A stretch of DNA of 64,000 bases, taken from NCBI RefSeq assembly GCF_032062105.1, contig NW_026938254.1:558001-622000 (forward strand), in the 5' to 3' direction. The stretch comes from Saccostrea cucullata (Eukaryota). Below, one piece after another: positions 12,228 to 23,945 of the stretch. The number at the start of each line of letters is the position of its first letter. Position 1 is the first letter of the stretch. The notes beneath the pieces were generated by a model. It ran no database searches and was not told the DNA's origin. It was given only the letters and a program-made list of their open reading frames with translations. A program made the position numbers and the translations under genes.

Positions 12228-13873
12228 TGATGCTAAATGAAGCTACTTTTGAGGCAACTTGTCTATTACAGCATGGCATAAAATAGCAATTGTGTCAAGT
12301 GTGAAAGATTTTCCTTTACAGAGCTATTTTTACAATTGGACAAATGAGAGAATATCTTTACAAATTTTTAAAATATTTATTTTAAAAAACTGAAATGAGG
12401 ATTAACATTCATTTCATCCACACAACTAGTCAACCCAATTGTTCAATTACAAAAAAGACCACGCATTTACATGACTTTACAAAACTTTGGATTTTATGGA
12501 TATTAGGCTTTTAAAACATAGATTAAACATTCTTGATTAAAATAAGCACTTCACACTTCATTTTGGTGATCATACATGTTAATCTACTGTGATGAAAAAT
12601 AGGGAGATTCAGACCTCAAAAGAGGTAGCATTGCATGCGTTGTTTTTCATATGGATTTCCGAAGACGTATATTATGTAAGTGTGGCCTTAAATGACCAAT
12701 GCAATAATTAATCTCAAATATCAACTGCAATGAAGTAGAAAGAAACACTTTAAGTTTGACATAAGAAATAATTAATAAAATACAAATATTTTATGCTCAT
12801 TATTTTGCTTCGATTGGCTGCTTATCAGCCTTTAGAAACATCATCTTTGCTCATATAGCCTGGAAGCAATAAGTCTGAAAGTTCATTCAGCTGTCAAACA
12901 CAGGAGATGATGTCATCGTTTAAGCCAGATATAAGACTACTGGTACTTCCTATCTTCCATTAAATAAGATTTCCTGTGATTATCGGAAACAAAAGTAGAG
13001 ATGCAGTATAGCTCATGCCTCATAGCTTTGTCAATCAACGAGTGATATCTATTGACTTTATTGATAACACTGTGAGCACCTGTACTTTTATAGACCATGT
13101 CAAACGTTTTCATCCAATTCTAGAATGCTATATCTCCTTTTTTCTTGGCAGTGATGTGGACGAAATTTAACGTAACCCAAGGTTATCTCTGAGATTGGTA
13201 CTGTTGTCATTGTCAAATACATGCTTGAAGTCGGTACAAAAAAAGCGGTTGTATGCTTCCAGGACAAATCACGCGATATCTAACAAGATTTTATGACAAG
13301 TGGCTTCAAAAATGGCAACCAAATTGAAACAAAAATACTTTTTACAAAACTTTGGTAGAAATGCGGTAGATTTACTAATAAAAGCGATAGGCGAGATGGA
13401 GTGAAAAAGCAGTAGACTCCCATCTAAATCAGTATAGTTAACATGTATGTTGGTGACATATTCACAACATCATGTGAAATCAAAGACTACAAGTAGCAAA
13501 TATCATGTGTGGTTTGACAAGTCAGATTTAAAATAGAATAGATAAGTATCTGTGCTCGCTTTAAAGGTCCCATCCTTAACATATTATAAAACAGTGCACT
13601 AAAAAGTGTCTGTGCTCGCCCTAACGGTCGCACCGTCCACATACTGAAAATGTCATTGTACACTCTTTGAATAGAGTGTACACTCTTTGAATAGAGTATC
13701 TATCTGAAGGCAAGGAGTCCTATTTTCAAGTTATAAATTGCACATATACACTGAGTGGACGAAGACTTCAAGATTGCGTCCAGCCCAACAGAGAAAACAT
13801 TGACCAAATAAAAAAAATATGTGTGTATCTGAGACAAAATTTTAACTTAGATTCAAACAGCTGATGTTCTCAC

Positions 13874-14008
13874 CTTTCTGTCTACAAACGAACAAGCTAT
13901 CTCTTGTAAACTCGCTAACGTTAATTCACCGTCAATGTTGATCTGATCCCTTGTCAGACCTATTTGCATTTGAAAAGAAAAGCTTCTCTTCCCACCAACT
14001 TCTTCCAT
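13874..14008 (-). CDS. PRKD: Serine/threonine-protein kinase D, first coding exon (gene continues beyond the left edge)
   Basis: Translates MEEVGGKRSFSFQMQIGLTRDQINIDGELTLASLQEIACSFVDRK, followed by donor gtgaga (phase 0). Matches the PKD N-terminal ubiquitin-like domain pattern (F.LQIGL.R...L..L.E.ACS.VD.K). Confidence 0.9.
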
Positions 14009-14531
14009 TATGCCATGTGTACAGTTTTTATTTGGTGAAGATGTCAACTCGCCCGTCTAAAAAAAAATTCAGGCGATGGCTTCCGGATATGATGAGGTGC
14101 GAGGTCCAACAAATTTGGACCGGACTTTCGCGTCTTTTGGCTGTAAATGTGTGTAGTAAAGCCCAGTTTTCGCGAATTAGATGTAATTTGTTTATGTTTC
14201 AACACTGAATTTATTCTTATTTCATCCCAAATAATACTTCTACAAAATATACAGGAAATAAAAAAAATTAAACAAGAGCAAGAATTCGACCTTTCACCGT
14301 TTTGTTGTCACGTGACCTTGACGTTTACAAATGTAAGTCGTAAAATGGAAGGTTCTCTCCTTTTAACAATTATTGTAAAATTTGAAAATGTTTTTTCTTT
14401 TCTTATTCAAAAATAATTTTCATACTTACTTTATATGTAATTTCCTAAAAAATGGAAAAATGTTATATTTTGATTTACGACAAACATTTTGATCTTACGA
14501 CTACTTTATGATAAAAGCAAAATAGAGAAAA
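14009..14531. promoter_or_regulatory. Bidirectional promoter/5'UTR region between PRKD and the PH-domain gene
   Basis: Divergent ATGs 523 bp apart, locally CpG-richer. ETS-like CTTCCGG at ~14080 and a perfect palindrome GTCACGTGAC (E-box/CLEAR-type) at 14307-14316. Confidence 0.6.
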
Positions 14532-17500
14532 ATGGCAGAGTCGGAACCATCAAGTAGCCGAACAAACAGTTTAAATACATCTAGCAGCCATAACGACGAG
14601 AACCACGCTCATGTTGAATTGAAAGGTTATTTGTGGAAGAGAACAAAATTATCAAGAAAGTGGAAGAAACAATGGTTCGTTCTGAGAAATTCGGATTTGC
14701 TATATGGAAACACACCTGAGGTGAATAACTCAAAAAAAGATATAGTGCAACTTGAAGTACAATCACAAAATATGATGTTGACTTGATGAGTTATTATTAT
14801 GTGTCGATGTTATATTTTTAAAACTAAATTGTCATATATTCGACATTGTGACTGTTGTTGTTACCGTCATAGCAAATTGTTCATTTTTTAATAACACATT
14901 TTCTATAGCAGGTGGGGCACACTGTGGACACACCACCAAATGGTCATTTAACCCCCGTTTGGTGATCAATCGCCCATGTCGAAGCCGGTTTTTACCTACC
15001 AAATGATAGAGAAAAATCATTTCGTTTAGTTCTCTGGAATTGCATGAAATGTCGCATAATCTTAACTCGGGCAGTCGCGGGGAATAAAATATAGATATTT
15101 ATCTCATACATGTGGATGATACTACCTGTGAGATAAACCTATGCTTTATCCACAGGTAGATGCTTTATCAATAGCACTTCCGGTTTTCATACAATTCCTC
15201 TGCTTCACCTCAAGATTTAAATTTATTAAAACTGTGTATTATAAAATACCTCAAGCTTGCCTTATGGATGAGCAAGATTTTTTTTTTTAAAAGCAGGAAA
15301 GACTCATATACCTCAGTGAAGTGTCAAAGTTCATCAAAGTATCCATACTGGTTACTGTATAGCTGCAGATCGGTAGAGTTATGGTTTTATATATTTGTCT
15401 TTGACCAGAACACTACAGATCCCGTAATGCAAAAAAAAAGGTGCAATTTACGGCGCAATATTTTTTGCGCACTTCTGGAGAGAATTTCTCCACTTTCTAG
15501 CATTGGTCAATTAACTACCTTTCACTCCCTAATTCTAGGCACATTATTAACTAATCTGTATATTTTATCTGTCTCCCAACCCTTTATAGTCGTCCCTACA
15601 AGTGATAAACTCGCTTGATTAAAATTGCTGAAAATTGCACTTTTTTTGCATTACGGGATCTGTAGCGTTATGGTCAAAGACAAATATATAAAACCATATC
15701 GCTACAGTTCTGCAGCTAGTTACTGTATAGACGGATGTCCCCCCCCCCCCCCATCATTTTTAAGAGAGACGTAATGCCTAGCAGTTAAGTTGTTGGTGCA
15801 AAATTCTTTTGACAAGCATTGTGAATATACTCCATTGCAACTCATTGGATAAAGCCAATATTAAATCACACAATCAGTCTTCGCCAAATCTTTTTTTCAG
15901 CACATGCCCTGCGGGCAGGTGTGATCACCAATTACGCTAGCCCGAACAAATATTTACATGCCCAGAATTTTATCAAGTTATATTATTCTTATTTGCCTTT
16001 TCCTGCCAAGGAAATGATTTGAAATACATTCTGTCAATTTATTGTCTCGCCATTTGTTTTCAACCTGTACACTTTTTGTGTCTCCTTTGCAGGAGAGTTC
16101 CTTGGAAATCGCGGTAAAATAAACTATCAGTAAAATTTTATTTTGTACTTCACTTTAGATGCAACATCAAAGACTTTAAAGTACATTTAATGTTATTTTC
16201 TTATTTTATTTGATTATACCGAGGCTATGCCTTAGAATTTACATGCCCTTAGGGCTTGTAAATGTGCAATTTCCACATGCCCGCTTCCAATTTTACCAGG
16301 TCCCGGGCATCGGACTCCCGGGATTTGTCGAAGACTGCACAATATAGATATCCTCTATTTATCTGTGCTCTGAATGAAAAAAAATGGAAATTCAATGCAG
16401 AATTTATTGCGCAGTTCATTTAGATATTTGACAATTCGTCATCTATGTAATAAGTAAATAAGTTTGGTTGAGCAAGAAGTTCGGCCGTCACGGACAGCTG
16501 TAGGTATCCTTTTTACGAGGTTCCACAGAAATTACACTTGGTAAATTGACTGAACTGTATTAATTGTGCTCCGAATATGTTTACTAAAATTCCCTGATGC
16601 CTAAATAATGCCAGTGTGCCATTGTTTTATTATACCCCCGCTTGAAAAGCGGGAGGGTATATAGTAATCGGTATTTCCGTCTGTTACGCTTTGGGGTACC
16701 CATCTCTTATCCGCAACTCCTCTCATACCACTTATGGAAATTTAATGACACTTTCACGAAATCTTTATTATATATTGCCATTGTGCACCTCCTATTTTAC
16801 TTTTTGATCTGACATATATTTTGGATTTTCCAGAGCAAAACATGGATACTGCCAATATATTCATATGGGAGGCGGGGGTATCATTTAGTGAGCTCATTGC
16901 TCACAGTACCTCTAGTTTTAATAAAAATTGGATTTGTGTTAAAAAGACCACCATTTGGTATGTAAAAACCTCTGTTTCAGGCGATTGACCACCAAATGGG
17001 GGTAAAATGACTATTTGATGAGTGTGTGTCCAACCTATATATCTGAGACTTTTAATAGAGAGTCAAAGCTTATACTTGATGCAAAATTTTCTTATGATTC
17101 AAGGGTATATCTTGACATTGACCCAAGGTCATTCTGGCAAGTTCAAGGTCATTGTCAGAAAAGGTATTTATAATTCCCTGTCTTTGTAATTGAGAATTAC
17201 TGGAAGCTCATACTGGATACAGAAATTGCTTATTACCCTCAGATTTGTTATGACCCTAAGGTCATTCTGGCAAATTTAAGGTCACTGACAGAAAAAGGAT
17301 ATAAATTTCTTGTGCAGGCTATAACTTTAATGGAGAATCATTGGAAGCTCATACATGTAATTGATACAAAAATTGCTTATGACCTGCAGGATTGTCTTGA
17401 CCTTGACCAAGTTCTTTCAAGCAATTCAAGGTCACTGGGATAAAAAGGTGTAAAATTCAAGTTTACTGATGGAAAATCATTGCATATCCGTATTTCACTC

Positions 17501-18052
17501 AAGGCTATTTATGACTAGAGGATATGTTGTTTCTTCTAACCCAGGCTTATTTGATAGGTACAAGGTCACAATTACAAAAAATGAATGGAAACTTTATTGT
17601 AGCAGGGGTAATGACTAATCTTTTGTGAATTCTCTCATAGTATCAGTATCTACTTTTGTACAGAATACATTAATTCAATAGAAATACACCTTAATGGACC
17701 CACTTTTGAGTCTTTTAGGAGAACTTTTGTATCATGCAGGTGGCATGTTTTCTCAGTAGCACAAATTTGAAAAAAAAAGTAATCTCAGAAGAATATTTAA
17801 AAATTGTATCCACTTTATCTTTTTCTGTTGCAGACAGCAGTAAAAAATATTCCTCTGTCGAATGCTGAAATCTCTGAAACTGATATAGACAAGAAAGAAC
17901 ATGCATTTAGGATTAAGCCCAAGGATAACAGTCGCACCTTCTACATTCAAGCAGAAAATGAAAATGTTCAAAATGACTGGATGCAAGCAATATGCTTTGC
18001 AAAGGCAGCAGGACATCACGGTGATATTTCCCAAGCATGTACTATACAGTAA
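14532..18052 (+). CDS. Small PH-domain-only protein (135 aa) with C-terminal CaaX motif; exons 14532-14720 and 17834-18052
   Basis: Spliced product contains ELKGYLWKRTKLSRKWKKQWFVLRNSDLLY | IPLSNAEI...HAFRIKP...RTFYIQAENENVQNDWMQAICFA (PH beta1-beta2, beta6-beta7 and the terminal Trp helix). Phase-0 GT-AG intron; ends CTIQ*. Confidence 0.88.
15360..15718. mobile_element. MITE with ~90-bp TIR and 9-bp TSD
   Basis: TAGCTGCAGA...TCTGCAGCTA; TSD GTTACTGTA at 15351-15359 and 15719-15727. Confidence 0.88.
15875..16337. mobile_element. hAT-like MITE with 6-bp TSD
   Basis: TIR CAGTCTTCG(C/A)CAAATC; TSD CACAAT at 15869-15874 and 16338-16343. Confidence 0.85.
16627..16919 (+). mobile_element. Short HINE/Helentron-type element
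   Basis: 5' TTATACCCCCGC..GCGGGAGGGTATA hairpin, 3' subTIR GCGGGGGTAT, palindrome GTGAGC...GCTCAC, CTAGTTTT end. Confidence 0.65.
17050..17610 (+). repeat. Degenerate ~145-bp repeats related to the HINE at 46249-47058
   Basis: Recurrent tgacc(c/t)..caaggtcat...caagttcaaggtca and aaattgcttatgacc motifs. Confidence 0.6.
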
Positions 18053-18189
18053 ATTTGAAGAATGGTCAGAAAAGTAAAAAAAAAAAAAGCATGTACAATA
18101 CAGTTACTGAGTAATATTGCAGAATGGTCACACAAGTAAACTTAAAAAAACACTAGCTGCAGACTAAACAAATTCTCTCTTTTTTTAAA

Positions 18190-18815
18190 ATCACTTGTAA
18201 ACAATTCAAAACGCTACTCCTCGTACAATTTTTTGCAATATAACTTGGCACACAAAACAATTCTATCTCATGAACGGTGTTGCCATGGTTAAAATATAGA
18301 AGGTAATTCCTTTAAAATGCTACTCCTTCTACAGTTTTGGAATTTCAATATAAATGGCACACAAGTGGATACATAACATAATGCATCGGTTTTTGATTTC
18401 GTTGATTATGGTTACTAAAAAAAACAGAGAAATACATTATTTCAATTTTTATATCAATATAACTTGGCACACAAGTAGACTAATTTTAATGCATCGGTTT
18501 TTGATTTCGATGAACGATGTTGCCATGGTTACTAAAAATAGAATTTTCAGAGAAATTCTTTAAAACGCTACTCCTTCTACAGTTATAGACTCATTTCAAT
18601 ATCACTTGGCACACAAAAACTACACACAGCGGTGTTGCAATGGTTACTAAAAATAGAATTTTCTGAGAAATTTTAAAACGCTTCTACATGCTTTGGCACA
18701 CAAATGTAATTTACAGTAAGCATCGGTTTTTGTTTTCAATGAACTAAAAGTAGAATTTTATGGCTTTAAAATGATTACAGTTTTGGATTTCAATATAACT
18801 TATCACACAAGTAGC
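18190..18815 (+). repeat. Degenerate tandem repeat relic in the PH-gene 3'UTR
   Basis: Recurring aaacgctactcct..tacag, caatataacttggcacacaa and gttgccatggttac motifs, about 5 copies. Confidence 0.65.
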
Positions 18816-21469
18816 TAAGATACATAATTCTTTTATATACTTTCTGGTTTTAAAATCAGTTTCATAATTTTACAGTTATTGGTTGTGCATCAATATTATT
18901 TAAGATGTATTCTTTGATAATTAGTTACCTATAGAGACCTGCACACTCTTTTATATATTATCATAAATTTACAGTTATTGGTTGTGTAAGATGTTCTTTG
19001 AATTAGAGACATTTTGTAAATTCTTATTGGGGTTTCTAGTAATACTTGTATACATGTACATTACAATTATTTCCATTGATGAGAATTTTTTTCCTTTTTT
19101 ACAATTTATGATGTAGTGATCAAATATTTTATTTATTATTTATGTTTATACAATATGATATTGACTTCCTTTCAAAGCCCAGGTTTACAACTAGATAAGG
19201 TGTCAGATATCAGTACTTTTGTTGATTTTAACCAGACATTATATCATTAAGTACATGTAATATGTAGTCATTTTTATTTTATTATTTAAGGGGTGGGTAG
19301 GGTTTGGAGTTATTCTTACTCATGGTGCCATTTGCTTGAATGTGCAAATGTATTGTTGATTTGATTTTAGTCAAATTTCGATTGTGTGAATTTGAAGTTC
19401 TTTGATGGAAATGCTAGAATTTTTCCTGTCAATGTATTTTCACTGCTTTTTTATTCCTTAGTGATAATTTATTGGAATTGTTAAATTCATAATGGTTTAT
19501 TAGATCCCTCTTATTTAACCCTCAAATTCAAGAATAAGATAGAAACAATGTCCGTCCAAATTTAGAACATTGTCAGTGTTAGGTAGTCATTTTTTGGTAC
19601 ATGAAAGAAGAAAACGATACAAAACTAAAGAAACAAAGCTCAGGGGTGCTTGCTTAAGTTGTACTATTAAGGCATAAATACTACATGTATGGTGTGTATT
19701 GAATGTATGATTATGGTATTTAGATGTAAATAATGGTATTTTATTTTCAAACTAAATTTACATCAGATTATTAATAAGTACATTTACTCAGAGATTTAAA
19801 GCATACTTGGTGTTTGGTTTCAAAGATATTAGAATCAGTAAATAGTAATTAATAGTTAGATTTTCACCTTGTTTTCATCGTTCAGTCTCTGTAGATTGAA
19901 TATGTTATGCTCCACACCTAGGTATTTAGGATTAGCCTCTGTATTGTTTGTGTGCCCATCATCTTCTGAGCAGCTATTTCACAGATTTGGGTGATGGTTG
20001 TGGTTCTCACACTTAAATGTTAATCTAATGTCCCTTTTATTATTTATGTTTCTCAGAGAGAAACAAATTATATTAATGAATTTTTCAACATGTATGAACA
20101 TTATCCAAAAATTTGTGATTTCTCATTACTTGTGCATGAGAACAATATTTACATGTGAATATTAGCCATTTCATTTGTCATATGCTAAAGAAATAGTGCT
20201 TTCATGTTTTACTTACAAACTTTTTCAAACTGAAATTCAATAGTTTTTGGGATTTTTAAATAAATATACAAATGAATATGTACTAGGGGTAAATTTTACC
20301 ATTTATAGACAAAAATCAGTAGATGTTTTCTTTTCTAGCATGAGATATATTTTAATAAAACAGTATGAAACTACATGTATTTATGTGACAAGTCAATCTC
20401 AAATAGTGCTCAATGGATGTGATAGGAACAAGAGTTAGGAGTTCATGGAATAATCATCAATGCTTTCTTTTGCACTTGTTTGGCGTTTTCTTGTTGATGA
20501 ACTGTACAGCTGTTTTGTTACATGTAAATTACTGTTTTACTGTATATTATCTCTGTGTATGACTGGCATTTTGTGGTTAAGAGCAGCTTACATGCAGAGT
20601 TATGCCCCTTTAAGCAAGGTCTTTAAAATTAAATTTTGAACAGATAAAAAGAGCTAATAATGGTAAATATTATAACATTGATTAATTTGTAAATTAAATT
20701 GCTACAAAAACTTATTCATATAACATTAATTTATAGATCAAAAGTAAATTTACATGTGCAAAATAGTATTTTCTTAAATTTATGTTTAAATTTGGTAAGA
20801 ATTCCTTCAACAAATATTTGTATGTAAGAGGAACAAAATTAATCCAAAAAATATAATAAAACAAATTTCCATTTCATGCTTTCAGATGATGTATTATTTC
20901 ATTTTTTGTTCAATTACTTTCTATTTTGTTATTTTGCATTTATCTGTTACAATGCCTTCGTGTAGATATGTAGTACATGTAATATTGAATGACTGTAGTA
21001 TTGTACATGTATAAGCAGTGTTTTACCTTTGGAGAAGCATTTATTTAGCTTCTGGTTATATTCCTGTGTTATCTACAAGCTACACACAAGTGAAAGCTGT
21101 GATATATTTGTTTTTGTGTATTTTAAATAGATTTTATTGATTAGCATGTGATTAAGTAACATGCATTATTACTGTTGTGAATAATTATTAACTATTGTTA
21201 TCATCTGGCATTGTCATCATCTTTTTTGGCTATTTAAATAAACAAGAAAGAATTACTGGGTTTTCTGGTAAAATAAATTTGAATATTTGTACATGTTTTT
21301 GTATGTAGGAGGTAAAAATTGCTTGAAACTATTGGTTCCTGTTAAGAAGTGAAAAACAGACTCGGTCCATGATCATTCAGAAAGGTATAAATTTCTTCAA
21401 TGAATTGTCACCTTGTCTGTGATGCAGGAAGTAGATTATTCTGTTTCACTAGTGCTAACTTTATACTTG

Positions 21470-21725
21470 TGTGGCAGTCAGTCGGGTCTGAATGGCGCTA
21501 GCAGGATAGCTCAGCACCTGACTGGAGATGAGGCCTGCCAGAGATGAGCCAGGGTTGTGGTCTTTAAAGTGCCAAAGACCTTTAAGAAGGGAGGAATGTG
21601 GTGGTCAGTCTGGTTTGATTGCCAGTGGCTGGATAGCTCAGTTGGTAGAGCACCTGACCAGAGATTCAGGGGGGCCTGGTTTGAATCTGGTTTGGTTTGC
21701 TGCATTTTTCTTCTCTCCTGTTACA
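21470..21725 (+). mobile_element. TRIM-like non-autonomous LTR retroelement with tRNA-like LTRs (5' LTR partly deleted)
   Basis: TG...CA ends, 4-bp TSD CTTG, and PPT AAGAAGGGAGGAA before the 3' LTR (21597-21725). The LTR contains an A-box TAGCTCAGTTGG and a B-box-like GGTTTGAATC. Confidence 0.75.
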
Positions 21726-21792
21726 CTTGCTTTTCTGAGCAGGTTTTAATGTTGATGAATCTTTCATTGAAATTTAATACAAAATTACATTA

Positions 21793-21991
21793 TACTGCAA
21801 AATCATTTATTTTCTTGGGAGGTATTTTCATTGTTTTTGTGGTATGCAGAGACCTGTGAATTTGCGTCCCCACAGAAATGATGTAATTTCAGGATAGTGT
21901 TTCTTTCTAAACGAAGAAATTAAATCTTCTGTACAAAAAATTTTTTCCATGAACCATGAAAACGATTTCATGAAAATAAATGATTTTACAG
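21793..21991. mobile_element. Degenerate MITE
   Basis: CTG.AAAATCATTTATTTTC versus GAAAATAAATGATTTTACAG. Confidence 0.5.
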
Positions 21992-23945
21992 GTCAATCAA
22001 ATGTTTAGGATTTGTTATATTCAATTCATTGTTCTCGAATATATCAATGGAAAACTGTGTTTCATTGATTAAAAAGGGCCAATCAAGCATTACTGAAAAT
22101 AGAGTTGAACTTCAGTATCTCAAACTCAAATTTCTCAAATACCATGGATATGTCGAAGTGATGTGGAAGTCCCAACCATATATTCTTAAGTATTTTACCT
22201 TCGATATCTCAAAAGTTTTTTCTCAACCCCACCAGGTCTGAGGTAATGATGTTTGACTGTAGATAGCTGTTCAATTGTTTTTCAATTTATTAACAATTTG
22301 TTGGAATTTACCATGCCATGCACTTTTTATAAAAAAGTTGAACATGTAGACCCACATAATAAGACTCAATTTGACAAAACTATTTACTAGCTAGCACTTT
22401 TTTGTTCAAATAGATGTAAATGATATAACTTAAAGGGTATTTGAAAAACCTATTTGTACATCAATAGGTACTGTGGTAACTTAACGTTTCCATCTATTCT
22501 TTGAAAACAGCTTGAATATACATGTATATAAAACAAGTTTTGCTTTTACATTCATTAATACTAATAGAACAACATACACGCAGACACACTTAACAGGATA
22601 AGCAATCAATAACAAAAATAAATTAAATATTATTTATTAGATTTACAACATGAACAAAGAAATGTTAAACAAGAATTAGCGAATCTTGACTTACACTAGT
22701 TCTAGTTCTATAGCTTCTATAGAACGGATTTAGAGTCAGTTGACCACAAATATACCCATGTGACATCAATGATTGATGTAAATGTACACATGCAGATCTA
22801 CTTTTCTCACCTTTGGTAGATTTGCTCTACATTCACACAAATCTTTCATCCAAAATAACAAAAATAATGATAAAATCACAAAATTATGTTTCTCTAACAG
22901 TGAAATCCTTTAAGAACAAATATGTTTACTTGTAAACAACCAGGTATCCTAATTAACACAACTATCTAATGTTCTCCGCATACTTTAAACATAAATATCT
23001 CATGTACATTAGAAAACTTGGAGTCTGCATTGACAATACTAAAATCCAGTTTTATATTTTTAATCGCTGCAAAAAACCAAGTGATCATAATCAACAGTAA
23101 AACTTCAAATATTCTTTAAGTTTAGAACATTTGGCCAACCTATAAAAGCTTTGCATACAAAAGTGCCATTTTTCCATAGTTAAGATTTTCCTATGAAGTA
23201 TCTATATATTCCAACATATGTACTCTATTTAAAAAAAGCCATGTCAATTTTTTGTTAAGAAAAGGTAAAACTTTATATACACATAATACACTTATATTGC
23301 TGTAAGAAGAACCAACACACATGTATCTGACTTTCCACAAATCTACTAGCAACATCTGACTTTCCAATCTTAAATTATCATAAAAATCTTTGAAATCCTC
23401 AACTAAACATTGTGACTTGAATGAAATTTGATTTTTACACTCTTGTTATCAAAGTAGACACAAAGGGAATGATTTTGTACAGCATGTTTAAAGTACCACC
23501 TCATACCAGTCAACATTTTACAATATGCTAAAACGGACTGAGGAAAAATCGCTACATATGCTTATAACACTGGATTTTGTAACTCATGTGAAAAGTACAT
23601 TCTAGAGATCAACTCTTATTTGTTAACGTAATTAGAAAAAGATCTTTTTGATAACATCTAGCTTAAATTACTGGGAAATACACTCAGTGCAGCTTAATTA
23701 CCTTATTTACTTATCTATAATATTTAATTACAAAGAAAAATATGAAACTCGATCGTTCCCTTATTGCTGCCTTTTTGTTTAATTTAGAGATGACCCCCCC
23801 CCCTTTCCCCCGAAACCCCCCCACATATTTGTATGTAATCTTCTGTACATGATGATAGTATGCAACAAATATTAAGGTCAATTCTTAATGAATTGATTTT
23901 CACTTCTTTGTAGATTTGAACTTCGATGACTTTTCTGAGACAGGT

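Larger units (their letters stand above)
14905..17038. mobile_element. Degenerate long-TIR element in the PH-gene intron, hosting three nested insertions
   Basis: ~90-bp imperfect IR: GGACACACC..CAAATGGTCATTT.ACCCCC.TTTGGTG.TCAATCGCC...TTTTTAC.TACCAAATG at ~14925-15005 versus its reverse complement at ~16950-17030. Confidence 0.65.

Noticed and set aside
13550-13700. 20-bp duplication (gtacactctttgaatagagt x2) and a ~60-bp diverged pair near PRKD exon 1
   Set aside because: Two copies only and not on a splice site. Recorded as small counter-examples to the junction-array pattern.
21628-21700. Functional tRNA gene
   Set aside because: No proper acceptor stem, degenerate T-arm and no Pol III terminator in position; it lies within an LTR-like repeat.
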